Part shown: one piece after another, positions 20,691 through 31,940 of the stretch
Layout of the letters: each line of letters opens with the position of its first letter
How positions within the stretch are numbered: the stretch's first letter is position 1
Assembly (NCBI GenBank): GCA_946965045.2
Contig: OX337241.1
Span: forward strand, 1,302,001-1,366,000
Origin: Epithemia pelagica
Taxonomy: Eukaryota > Protista > Bacillariophyta
DNA: 64,000 nt
Direction of reading: 5' to 3'
Position numbers and translations under genes: made by a program
The notes under the pieces: model-generated
What the model was told of the DNA's origin: nothing
What the model saw: only the letters and a program-made list of their open reading frames with translations
The model's database searches: none

Positions 20691-23600
20691 TTAGTCAGAG
20701 TCGGAACCAGAGTCGCTGTCATCTCCAGACACTTCCGTCTTAGCCAAGGATGGAGTGGTGGAGCTCTTGCTTGTTGAGGATGTGGATTTACTAGACTTGC
20801 TTCTGGACGAAGCTGCTTCCAAGGCCGCTCGTTCACTTTTTGCTTCAGCTTCGCATTCCAACGCCATAATCACAACATCTTCCACCAGTTGAGCGTCTCT
20901 GCATTTGTCTTGAATCGCACCCACAATTTGAGCCATTGTTTTCTGATAGGCTAATCGAGCTTCTGCCTCGGCCAGGTAGTACGCTTGACGAGTCTTGAGG
21001 TCGTCTTTCAATTTCTCCAACTGAGCTTTGTAAGCTTCCACGTTACGAATGAGCTTGGCGTTTGTGACATTGAGCTGCTTGGCGTGATCGTTAAGTGCGG
21101 AGAAAGATGCACCAGCAGAGGCGTTGGCCTCCATGAGTCGAGCGTTGTTCTCCTTCAGGCTCTTGAAATCCTTGCGCATGGTCTCGTTCTGGTTACGCAA
21201 CTTCATGTTTTCCTTGCGGAGATACTCGATGATCTTGCCACTCTCATCGATAAGCGTTTGCTGTTGAGCAGTCTTCTTCTGTTTTTCCTTGTCGTTCGCC
21301 AATTCATCCTTAATCTTTTGACGGTATTCTTCCATTTCTTCTTCGGCACGTGCACGTGCCTCTTCCACTTCCTTGGCACGAGACTTTTCGGCTTCACGTA
21401 CAGCCTGTTCCAGATCCTTGATCTTCGTCCGCAGAGCATCCTTCTCTCTCTTCTCTTTAAGCAGTTGCTTGAACTTGGGTCGCCACAAGAATGTGCGGAC
21501 GTAAGCTTGGATCTTTACAACAGCCTTGTTCCGCTTCTTGTCCATTTTCTTCTTGTTCTTCTTGTGTTTTCGACGCTTCTTGAACTCTTTTCTGGCCACA
21601 TAGCAACGCCATGCACACTGGAGCGTAGTAGCGTAGGGTGCCTTCCTCTTCATTTTGCGGCCCGAATTCTGTCGACGCACCAGCCAGCCACGGGTGACAC
21701 GCTGAATGTCCACGGCCCACTTGTCCCAGCCCTTCATGCGCTCATGCTCCAAGAACTCGAGGGCTCCCGCACGGAAGTACACACGTGTCTTTCCTACGAC
21801 GAATGCCTGGACTCCGTCTTTCTTCATTGATTCCAAAGCGGCGGACAACAGCTTGGTGACGGCTTCTTTCGTGTCTGAGACGGTCTCGTGATCTCCTCCC
21901 TTCTTCAACATCTTGAAGCGCTCCAAACAGGAGCGATGATCAAGTCGATTGGGGAATGCAGAACGAGAAATGGTGACCGCGGCGACTACACCTGCACATC
22001 TCAACTGCTCAACCGTACTCATGTGTTGGAGAATTTTTGGTTTCTTCATGACATTAGGCTTGATGCATCGAATGTAACGAGATTGTGTTTCGTTCAACAT
22101 CTTCATGAGGGAATTCAACTGCGAGCGGAATTTCGTCCAAACAGTATCAGCAGCAATGTTACTTTTTCCTCGGCGGGGAGGTCCTGGTTTGAAGCCAGGG
22201 CCACGACCAGGAGCAGCTGCAGCAGCTGCGCTGTCGGACTTGGTCATCTTATCGTTTTCCAAGTGTTCCGCAATAATCTCATTAGAGGATTTCTTTGCCA
22301 CAGCTTGCAAATCAGTCGGAAGCGTGTCTTGGTTTCGGCCAACAAATCCCTCTGCCAAATACACAACCTTTCCGGCATAGTGATGAATACCAAAGTCCAT
22401 AGGACCCATGATCTTTTCCTTGATCAAACAAGACGACGACTTGTTCTGATTGGTCGCCTTTGAAACAAAGTCACGATCGTTACCAGTAGGACGCACACAT
22501 TCCTCGTTCAACATTGCGAGAAGTCCACCTCGTCCCTCAATCAGTTCAAGAACATCTGAGTTATCGTCGTACTTGATATCGTCGAGGTCAATACCTTCGA
22601 ATTTGTACTCTTCCTGAACGGTTTGGAAAATATCACGAGTAAACTTTTGCTGAAGTTTCTCGTTTGCGTAGTTGATACAGAGCTGCTCAAAGCCGTTGAC
22701 GGGGAACGATTCAAATCCAAAAATATCAAGCAATCCAATATTGGCAAAATCCGAGCGGCGATCTCCGTCGTAGTTATCCTCCGCACTGGTGGCAGCATTG
22801 ATCTCTCGCACAAGCCACAAAAATGTCCTGGCATAGATTTCTTTGGCAAAGGCATCACACGAATCCTTGGCAAAATCCATCTTGAGGGGAACCTTGAATG
22901 TCTCCCCACGGGTGATCATGGTACGGACCGTGAGGGCATTCTCCATGTCCTTTTCGTTAAGTCCCATGAGCTCGGCCAAATCGGAGAATTCATTCATGGT
23001 AGTAACTGCCGCCTTTTCGCTGTCTCCGTCTTTGGCTCCAAAACCAATCTGACCAAGCTGCATCACAATGGTAATAGCTCGCATCAGTGTCATGAGTTTC
23101 TCGTCTCTAATGTCAATGAGTGCCAAAGCTTCAACAGTCTTGTAGTAATGGTCACCATCTGACATGCCATCAATGTTACGACCATAGGCATCACCAACGT
23201 AGTTGAACGATTTGGGAGTTCTTCCTCTGAGCTTGCTCCAAATTTTGGCTTTGTCCGATTCCTTGGACGCCAAGATTTGATAGAAGATATGAAAGGTTCC
23301 CTCTTTGGCATCATGTCCAACAATTCGGCTCTTTTCAAGGAGGTAGACTTCGCATTTACTTCCAGCAAGCTTGGTAGGTGGGACGCGCTCCCCAGGAGAG
23401 GCCTCCTGACGATCAAATTGGAGCTGAATGTACTTTCCGAAACGAGAAGAGTTATCGTTTCGACGGGTCTTGGCATTTCCGAATGCCTCAAGCAAAGGGT
23501 TGGACTCGACGACACGCTGCACGACCTTGTTCATGCCTTTTTCGGACTGTTGATCGGTAGGACCTTGTTGAACAGAAGCAATGTGATTCATACAAATCTT

Positions 23601-24299
23601 GACTGTTTCTGTCTTTCCAGCTCCGGATTCTCCAGACACAAGAATGGATTGACTCATCCCATCCACCGCAAGTCCCTTGTAACTCAGCGCAGACGTTTCG
23701 TAGACATGTGGTGCTAGTTCTCTTCGAGGGTCAGTTCCCGTCGATTCCCAAACCAACTTTTGCGAATATTCTTGTTGCACTTTTTGTTTGTAGAGGTCCG
23801 TCAGCCATTGATAGGGGTTGACCGCAATAACAATGTCACCAGTTCGCGTATAGGGGAGGGATTTCACGTGACGTGCTTTAAGATTGTAAAGGATACCAGC
23901 CTTAAAACAAGAAGTGCACACAGAATAAAGTATAATTAGTCATGCTTTCCTCGTGATCCAGTCTCTTTAGAAAATTGGTGTCGAGAGACTGCACAATGAA
24001 CTTACCTCGTGCAAAAAAGGCAGATCGACCATGTCTTCCGTCTCAACCAGATTTCCTCCTTTGATGTTCTGAAGAGGAAATTCTTGTCCTGGATAGTTCT
24101 TCAAGTTGACAGTCTCCTCACGCCAGTTTTTTGCTCCCTTGCCACCATCGGTGAGAATGTCCGCCTCATCGGGATAGTTGGGGATGGAAACCTTTGCCTT
24201 TTCTCCATCACGAGACACCAACCGAGCGGGGACCCATGCCAACTCCTTGTCAAAGACATATATCAAACCACTCGCCGAATGGCTCTCATCGGACGGCAT
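20691..24299 (-). CDS. Myosin heavy chain (motor, IQ motifs, coiled-coil tail), 2 exons
   Basis: GESGAGKT, NDNSSRFGK, LLDIFGFE, YIRCIKPN and LRCAGV motifs; IQ-like IQRVTRGW and IQAYVR. GT-AG intron at 23901-24005 joins LPFLHE to AGILYNL. Confidence 0.96.
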
Positions 24300-25699
24300 G
24301 GTGGAGATTGAATTATTGGGTTTGCCTATGCCCTACAAGTAAAAGAAGGAAGCGACGTTGGAATGGTCGTGATGGTAAAGTGGACGATGATCGATCAAGG
24401 AGAGGAAGTATATGAATTTTTTTGAGATTTCCTTTGTTTGGGCGAGTCGCAGCAGCGGGTAAATGACTCCTTCACGATCCCAATGACTTTCCCCGGCCCA
24501 TGGTTCTCCCCAAGCAAACACCTTCTTGTGGGCTATTGTTAAATCAGTTCTCAAGTGCCGGATTCCCTAAACGGATGACCCCAATCAAAATTCACTCCCA
24601 AATACCTAGTCGGACTACTCCGAGTAGGAGTAGCTACCCAAAGGAATGCCTCTAGCTAAAGCCCCTCTAGCAACCTCAAGTGGCCGGCAACTCCTACTCT
24701 ACGACTATGAGTTGGAGTAGGCGTAGGTTATATTGCCAAGCTAGGTCCACTACTCTAGCATCTTCGTTGAAGGTACTCCATGATCTACTCCTATCATCAT
24801 GAAATTGCTCTTTCGCCTCTTCTAAAAGAGAATGACTTATCCTATTTGATGGGGAGCCATCATACTATTTGGACCCTTGCGCAACCACAGAAAACTTCAT
24901 GGCTGTAGCGTCGATGCAACAAATCAAACGGAAAAATGATGGCTCATCAGATGACAAGGTGCTCTAGATGCAATTTCGTCTTAGATGCTGATGCACTCCG
25001 CATTGATACTCGTCTCATGCTAGCTAGAGGACGACTTGTCGTGGTACCGGCTCCTCTAGCTAGTAGAGGCCTACTCGGAGTGGAGTAGCTGAAGGGAGTA
25101 TCTATTCCTGCTACCTTACCAGAGGGTTACCTTACGGTAGCTCTAGCGCTCGTGTCTCTCTAGCTAGAGAGAGCTATCCACATCCACCACTACTCGTACC
25201 AAGAAAAGCAAGATCAGAAGCCTTGCCCCTTCCTATTCCTACATGCAGGGCATAGTTCTTACTTCTTCTTCCACTCTCCCAGAGCTCCCAGAAATCTAAC
25301 GGGGCATAGGAAAGATTTTTCCGTTGTGCGTGCGCCAACTGGAATAAATCGTGTTGGTCGTCGTGTTTGGGGGATTTTGGGGCACAGAGGGCAATGGTGG
25401 AGGGATTTCGAAATAATTATAAGATGTCTCTTTCCTTTTCGGCTTCGTGCTCCGCACAATCTTAGACACACATGCAACTTGGATATTGGATACCCAAGCA
25501 CCTCCACGCTGCATGTGGGATCTATTGTCGATGAGAACTATGAATCATGGAACAATCGATGAGCTCCCACGGAGACCTTTCCACGAAGAAGCAACTCTCT
25601 TGCAACTCTTGGAAGTCAATTCTGAAGCACACATGCGGTGTTCATAATTTCCGAAGAGTCAAGACGTGTCAAGCCCATCCCACCCATTGCAACGTAAAG

Positions 25700-26212
25700 A
25701 TGATGGTGCGACGAATCCTTACAGTACTTCCGTTGATTGTTCTCTCTTGGGTCCCCATGGTATCTGGAGATTCGTGTGGCTTGTGTCCCCCGAATGCCAC
25801 TGGATACACAGGCCCATCCTCTTCGCTAGCAGATTTTGTTCCACCGCTCGGAGACGGAAGCACATGCCTCGAGTTGTACTCCAACGTCACGACCAACGGC
25901 ACGGAATGCGATGATCTCATTCAGAGTTATCGAACCGAGTGCTGTTGTGCCGAAATTATTGGGGATTGCAGCGAACTGTCGTGTTGCGATGGTCCAGAAC
26001 AACCGTCTGAACTGACCTGCGCAAACATCACCTCCTCAGGTCCTTCGCTCTGTATCTCCCCGGATCTAGAAAACCGTCTGGGACGAGGCCCTAGTGATTC
26101 TCTCGAGGTACCCACGTTTTGTTCCGAACAAAACCAAAACGGCGCGCGTTGTGGAGGAGGAAGGACGAGAAGAATGGGTGTACGGGGAGCTACAACGGAT
26201 GTTCAAGATTGA
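25700..26212 (+). CDS. Small secreted Cys-rich protein with basic Gly/Arg C-terminus
   Basis: Signal-peptide-like MMVRRILTVLPLIVLSWVPMVSG; C..C, CCC and CC clusters; ends RCGGGRTRRMGVRG. Confidence 0.7.
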   Translation: MMVRRILTVLPLIVLSWVPMVSGDSCGLCPPNATGYTGPSSSLADFVPPLGDGSTCLELYSNVTTNGTECDDLIQSYRTECCCAEIIGDCSELSCCDGPEQPSELTCANITSSGPSLCISPDLENRLGRGPSDSLEVPTFCSEQNQNGARCGGGRTRRMGVRGATTDVQD

Positions 26213-26794
26213 TTGGGTGCATGAGAATTCATAGCGAGGGGTTGTTTTGGACTCGCGCAAGGCAATTCCATTGTGAATATTGACGAAATGTGTGTTGTGA
26301 TCCTAATAATCCTCCAATCGAATCCTGTCATGGTGCTGCTGTCGTTTCTGTTGCTGGCACTTTTCACTGCAGGTTTCGAACGACGAATCATGAAAGATAG
26401 ATGGTTTTTCTGGTTGTTTCTAAAGTTGTGGTGTTTATTCCAATAAGAAGTATTTCTGACCTAGAGGTATTTGGTTCAGCGCCATGGTTTCTGTAGTCGT
26501 CGAAGAAAACACAAAGCTCCTACCTAGGTAGCTATCGATCTTCCGCGACCCTTCAAGACCCAGGAAACACGATCGATCTCTCCTAGGTAAGTAACCTTAG
26601 CGTAAGGTATTGTAAGACCCCCCCAGCCATGCGGTAAAAAGTACACTATATAATTGTAGGTGCTTACTGGTACAATACTCGTACTATTACTGGCCGTTTT
26701 GGGGGATAGGAAAAAAGAGAAAAAAGGCAACAATCTCTCAGCGCTGCCTTGCCCAGAAAACCCTTTCTCATTCAAACCAATTCGAACCACAACC

Positions 26795-27659
26795 ATGCAA
26801 GTAAGCGCAAATCAGTTTTTGCTTCTCTTCATTTGCGTCGGATCCGCAGCAGCCGTTTTGAATGACTTTCACCAGCCGAATCAGCGCAAGACATCAAATT
26901 TTGACACTGGTGCGTGGTTGTCCTCCTCGAATCGTGGATTCGCTTTTCCAGAACCATCTGCTAAACCCACTTTCTCGTCCCCAAATCTTTCTTCTGTCGA
27001 TTTGATATCCTTATAACTTCCTTCCCACGTCATTAGGCAATGGATCCGAGGAATTCCAGTACATGCCCTCGAGCGCTCCGTCATTATCTCCATCGATTGC
27101 TCCATCGGAAAAACCATCCGGAACCCCAACAACAACAACCTTTCCGTCGTCTACTCCATCGGAAAAACCATCCGGAACCCCAACAGCAACAACCGTTCCG
27201 TCGTCTACTCCATCTGATAAACCTTCCGGAATGCCAACAACTACAGTAGTTCCGTCGTCTGTTCCGTCGGAAAAACCTTCCGGATTGCCAACAGCTACCG
27301 TAGTTCCGTCGTCTTTTCCGTCCGAAACACCTTCTGGTGTACCAACCACATCTCCCCAACCATCGACTTCTCCCAATCCCACACAGCAGGCGTGTGTGAA
27401 AACTGGCGAAGATTGCAGTAGTGCATCCTGTTGCAACCCCGAAAGCACAATTTGTGTTGTGCTCCCTCCGGGTTTGGGTTCACGTTGTTATCCAGTTCGA
27501 TTACCCAATCCACGAACTGGAGATGGCCCGGATAAGCCACAGATTTGTGTGGTGGGCGGAGTGACCCAACCATGTGGTAGCGACAGAGCTCGAGGAGGGG
27601 GTCGACGGAAGCGTACTTTGTACCGTCCGGTCGGAGAAGGAACAGAGAAAGACGATTGA
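26795..27659 (+). CDS. Secreted mucin-like PST-repeat protein with C-terminal Cys knot-like module, 2 exons
   Basis: Signal peptide MQVSANQFLLLFICVGSAAA. GT-AG intron at 26910-27036 restores the frame into ORF 27063. PSEKPSG repeats; CVKTGEDCSSASCC.....C module. Confidence 0.75.
27102..27369 (+). repeat. Five 54-bp coding repeats (PSEKPSGxPTxTxxPSSx)
   Basis: 18-aa period visible in the translation and in the DNA (CCATCGGAAAAACCATCCGGAAC). Confidence 0.9.
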
Positions 27660-27917
27660 CCAATTCATGAACGGTCCGTCAAATAGAGAAACCTGTGTGA
27701 TGACTTGACTGCGCCACCCCTGTGGTTGTTCCACAGCAAAACTTTGTTGGTGCGTGGCTGTGCAGTCTGTTTCTGGTTGTCGTGGCGTTAAAGATAGATA
27801 TCCATTTGAATAACAATCGTTCATAGGTTTCTCTTCTGCGACGAAGCAAACATAACTCGAAGACGGCTCCCAATGACGCTCGTATATACCATGTCGAGCT
27901 TTTTTGTTGTTGCTATA

Positions 27918-29276
27918 TCATAGATTTGCCTTTTGGGTTTTCTTGCCGTCACGAACAACGGACATCGCAGCTTGGCGCAACTGTTCTGCCTCTTGTTCTG
28001 TTGGAAGAGGGAGAGCAGCCTGATCTGGTGGTTGCATTCGGCGACAGGAATCCCACCAAGCGGCGTTGTAGTGCGGTGGGTCATGTTCGGTCATGGTGCA
28101 ATACAACACACAGGCTTGGAGCCAGGTTCCGTGAGGACTGGGATGAAAATCATCCCAACTGTATAATTTTTTCCAAAGACTGCGATTCGTCCGATAGAGC
28201 AACACAAAGGCTTGTCCTACAGGCGCGACCAAGCATTTACGGTCTTCTCGGACAACCAGTTCTTTCCATTTGCCATGGCCTTGTTCGTCTTTTTCCTCAC
28301 CAAGGACTACTGTTTGATAGTGTTCATAACCCTTTCGCAATTTTTCGGAAAACTCTTCAAAGTCACCTAGGTCTTGTGTTCCTCTCATATTCGGAACCTT
28401 GTAGGCAAACGTTTCCAAGAAAACCACCGTGGTGGTGCAAGTGCTCGTTGTCCTTGTTGATTCACCGTTTCCAGCCGGCCCGGGACGAAAAAAGAGTGGC
28501 ACATAGTTTTCTCGCAAACAAGCACTGGTTTCATTCCGCGAGGCGTCTCGTGCCGGTGCTTGCGTATAATCGTTTAATATGACAAAATCCCAAGGACGCT
28601 CTTGTTGAAGGAGGGTTTCCGGATTGGACGCTCCAATATCGTACGGTGCTTCGAGGGTGGCACCAATCGCGGGCTTGTCTTGCCCGGATGATAACAGGGA
28701 CAATCGGGCAGCCGGGGTTGCAAATTTGTTTCTCATGCCATTTCCAACTTCCCAAAGTTTCGACAGCTGCGTGTGAAGATGGGACGTGGGGGTGAAAGGT
28801 TGGTCCAACGATGAACAGAAATGCAAAGCAGGGGCACCAAGAGAGCATGTACAACCACTTACCGACACACCACCACGTAAACAAGAATTCTGAGTGACAT
28901 GGTGATAATCTTCTTTCAGCATATTCTCCACCAAACGTGGGCAATCATTGTAGTATAAAATGGAGTTCCCAAGAAAGGCGACACGGATTTGTGTGCTTTG
29001 GTGTGCGTCATTGGCAGCAGCACCTGGGCATTGCGGTTGGAATCGTTGGCTACTCATCACTGGTGGCTGCGAAAGCCGAAGGCTAAGAGGATGACTTGCG
29101 AGAAAGGCTACTGCTGTTACGATCGAGAAGAGAGCAAGCAAACTTGTCCTTAACGTTCTTCCATAGAAAGTCACGTAGAGCTTGAAAGAAATGACATCCA
29201 TTGTCAATGTTGAAAACTGAAGAAGCTGGGTCACACATAAAAGCACTGACCACATCACAGCATGACGCATAGGCAT
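27918..29276 (-). CDS. SGNH/GDSL-type hydrolase-like protein (DUF4886-like)
   Basis: VAFLGNS block I, WDFVILND, APVGQAF and D.FHPS block V. Stop-free 96-nt intron at 28767-28862. True start codon uncertain. Confidence 0.7.
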   Translation of the reverse strand: MPMRHAVMWSVLLCVTQLLQFSTLTMDVISFKLYVTFYGRTLRTSLLALFSIVTAVAFLASHPLSLRLSQPPVMSSQRFQPQCPGAAANDAHQSTQIRVAFLGNSILYYNDCPRLVENMLKEDYHHVTQNSCLRGGVSVSGCTCSLGAPALHFCSSLDQPFTPTSHLHTQLSKLWEVGNGMRNKFATPAARLSLLSSGQDKPAIGATLEAPYDIGASNPETLLQQERPWDFVILNDYTQAPARDASRNETSACLRENYVPLFFRPGPAGNGESTRTTSTCTTTVVFLETFAYKVPNMRGTQDLGDFEEFSEKLRKGYEHYQTVVLGEEKDEQGHGKWKELVVREDRKCLVAPVGQAFVLLYRTNRSLWKKLYSWDDFHPSPHGTWLQACVLYCTMTEHDPPHYNAAWWDSCRRMQPPDQAALPLPTEQEAEQLRQAAMSVVRDGKKTQKANL

Positions 29277-29369
29277 AGCATATAGCTTTGGATCTTTGGA
29301 TTTTTCGCTTGCATCGAAGACAAATCTTCTTCACAATCGCAACACCATCACGCCAACACCACAAACATT

Positions 29370-30632
29370 ATGAAAAGTTATGGAATTCACCCAAAAAGGT
29401 GCTCATGGACTATCCTACTCTTTTTCGCTCTTCTGGGTTATGGCCTTGACGTGGTCACCTCGAAGAAGGCAGATTCGACCTCGGTACAACAACTGCCTAC
29501 TACTGTTGTGCTGGTCAAAGTGGGAGGTTCTTCCATTACAGAAAAAGGCCAACTGGAAACACTCAATCCACAAGCACTCAACTGGCTAGCATCTACCTTA
29601 TCTCAAACTATCCATGCGTCATTTCTACTAAATCCAACTGGAACAAGCGATTCCAATGCAACCACATGTTCTCACCATTCCAACACTACTACCCGCCACA
29701 ACAGCCACACGAAAAAGGATCCAGCAAGAAACATTGCCTATGTACTTATCCATGGTGCTGGTTCGTTTGGTCATTTTCAAGCCAAACAATTTGGACTACG
29801 CGGGGTATCCTTGCCGGAAGAAAGCCCAAATCGTTTGGGGGAGCATATTACTACCGAGGACCCACGCAAGGAGCAGGAACGTCGTTTTCGTATGCATGGG
29901 GTGGCACAAACCCGACGGTCGGTTCAGCAGTTGAATCACCACGTCGTATCAGCATTGTTGGGGGTGGGCGTCAATGCCATTAGTCTGTCTCCCGCCTTTG
30001 GGCCATTGGGAGGCACCCCCACCACGGTTGCAACAACCATCCAGGAGCCATGGGTACTTCAAGATCTCATTCGTTCCACCTTGTCAGCTGGATTAATGCC
30101 AGTCTTACATGGAGATGCATTCTTGTTTCAGGACGAAATGGGTGTTGTGGATGCAGGGATTCTGAGCGGTGATACCTTGGTACAAATGATGGCCAGTGAA
30201 GGACTGCACCAACGTGTCGTGTTCCTAACCGATGTCGCAGGCGTTTTCACGGCCGATCCCAACCGCTTCCCCAATGCGACAAGTATCCCCCACATACAAG
30301 TCACCTTGAAACAGCCACTGTCACATGTAATCAACAACACTGGAGCTTCGTCTAGAGTTCAGCTAACCTTTATGGGTCACGGTGAAAGGTTTGACAACTT
30401 GAATACCAATATCCAAAATTTTTGTCATGACCATGATGTAACGGGAGGACTGGTTACGAAACTGCAGTCGGCCATTTCGATTGTTCGAGACACAGGCCTC
30501 AATGTGACGATTGCCAAGTTTGGATCACCCAGTGCGCGTATTCTTTTTCAAGAAGAAAGCGGCAATATGCTAGGAGACGGACCCGGTATCCAGGAGGGGA
30601 CGGTTCTCTTTCGTCAGCAAGACGCCAAGTAG
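29370..30632 (+). CDS. IPK: Isopentenyl phosphate kinase (amino-acid-kinase family)
   Basis: VKVGGSSITEK, IHGAGSFGH (IPK His), PVLHGD, ILSGD, FLTDV.GVFTADP and DVTGG...KL motifs. Confidence 0.82.
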   Translation: MKSYGIHPKRCSWTILLFFALLGYGLDVVTSKKADSTSVQQLPTTVVLVKVGGSSITEKGQLETLNPQALNWLASTLSQTIHASFLLNPTGTSDSNATTCSHHSNTTTRHNSHTKKDPARNIAYVLIHGAGSFGHFQAKQFGLRGVSLPEESPNRLGEHITTEDPRKEQERRFRMHGVAQTRRSVQQLNHHVVSALLGVGVNAISLSPAFGPLGGTPTTVATTIQEPWVLQDLIRSTLSAGLMPVLHGDAFLFQDEMGVVDAGILSGDTLVQMMASEGLHQRVVFLTDVAGVFTADPNRFPNATSIPHIQVTLKQPLSHVINNTGASSRVQLTFMGHGERFDNLNTNIQNFCHDHDVTGGLVTKLQSAISIVRDTGLNVTIAKFGSPSARILFQEESGNMLGDGPGIQEGTVLFRQQDAK

Positions 30633-31348
30633 CCACCAGACTTTAAAGAGCAATCAGCTTGTTGCAGTGGCTAGATAATTGACATTGCTTAGATGACGAA
30701 TTGGACATTTTTCAGATGACTAGTTGTCATGTATCCCCGAGCTGTTTTCCAGTTCCAGGAGAATTCTCCCTTTCGTTATGGTGTTGGAGGGTTTTCGTTC
30801 TCCTTGGGCTAATTACGTAGATAGAGTTGCATTGATGCCCAATGAATTCCAAACCCAATAAACAATGGAAGAGACCTCAACAGGAACGCAACAATGCTCC
30901 AGCAAACATTGACGCTTCCACCAGCCGCTAAACGTATATGCTGATAAAAAAGAACACAGAGAAGCGCGATCGGGCCGAGCGATACGAAAAACAGTGACGA
31001 CGGTCGTGGAGTCGTCGTTCTCATGGTCCGATTGGTTCGGCGCCGACCAAAATGCCGTGCGTTGAAAAACAGGGAAAACGAAGTCGCTTATAAGTGACTT
31101 TTGAGTCGCATAAATAGGATGGTTCCGAGTGCCGATGCGACAGATTTTTTTGACGACTTTCTGTGTGACACCCACGCGAACTCCACAATCTCGCATGCAC
31201 TGCAACTTCCGGTAAATACACGTGAGTCGCATATTCTGTACCAATACCCAACGGGCGAATCCAAAAACTAAGATCGATATTATTACAAAGCACGTATTGT
31301 GTTGCCATAGAATATGGTTTCCCATTCTCTAGTATGGAACAAACGGGA

Positions 31349-31413
31349 ATGTCGTTTGGTATGTCGTTTGGTATGTCGTTTGGTATGTCGTTTGATGTCG
31401 TTTGATGTCGTTT
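31349..31413 (+). repeat. Tandem array of ATGTCGTTTG (6 copies, 12- then 10-bp period)
   Basis: Units start at 31349, 31361, 31373, 31385, 31395 and 31405. Confidence 0.92.
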
Positions 31414-31560
31414 CGGGCTCGCGCGGAAACATGGTTTGTTTCAAAATCCAGCGGTGCTCTTTCAGTAGATGGGCCCACTGTCAATCATTGACTTGTTACC
31501 ATGTGATTTCTCTTGACGAATTCCATCTGCTGGAGAGTAAAGATTCTTTTGGCGATAAAA

Positions 31561-31643
31561 ACATCCGACATCCTCCGACATCATCCGACATCATCCGACA
31601 TCATCCGACATCATCCGACATCTCCCAAATCCTCCGACATCCG
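31561..31643 (+). repeat. Tandem array of TCCGACATCA (about 7 copies, 10-bp period)
   Basis: TCCGACA occurs at 31564, 31574, 31584, 31594, 31604, 31614 and about 31633. The CGACAT core is the reverse complement of the ATGTCG core of the preceding array. Confidence 0.92.
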
Positions 31644-31940
31644 TGACTCAGTATGTTTACCTCATATCTAAAGAATCTGAATCTAGTATGATCATATCAG
31701 AGGTACTACTGTATGAAAATGAAGAAGTTATATCGTGACGATACTCTGAGTAGTAGAAAGATTACCCACGTTTTGAGTCCATTACCCCCAAGTAGGGGTG
31801 AGTGAGTCCCGCGTGATCGAATGCGCTGCGCTTGTATTCCCTTACTCACCCCCAAGGCGCGTTCGGCTGCTCCCAACTTTGACAAAACTCCAAAACTCCT
31901 CACCTCATTCATCACGGTGGTAGAGGTGCATCTCGCTCCA

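Noticed and set aside
30809-31325. ORFs 30809-31024 and 30813-31325 as genes
   Set aside because: No recognisable motifs. The short hydrophobic ORF could be real but cannot be supported from sequence alone.
31349-31643. CRISPR-like array
   Set aside because: The units are 10-12-bp head-to-tail repeats without unique spacers, there are no cas genes, and the context is eukaryotic.
31328-31690. TCTAGTATG direct repeat (31328-31336 and 31682-31690) as the TSD of a MITE holding the arrays
   Set aside because: The enclosed sequence has no terminal inverted repeats, and CTAG-rich words are common in these spacers.
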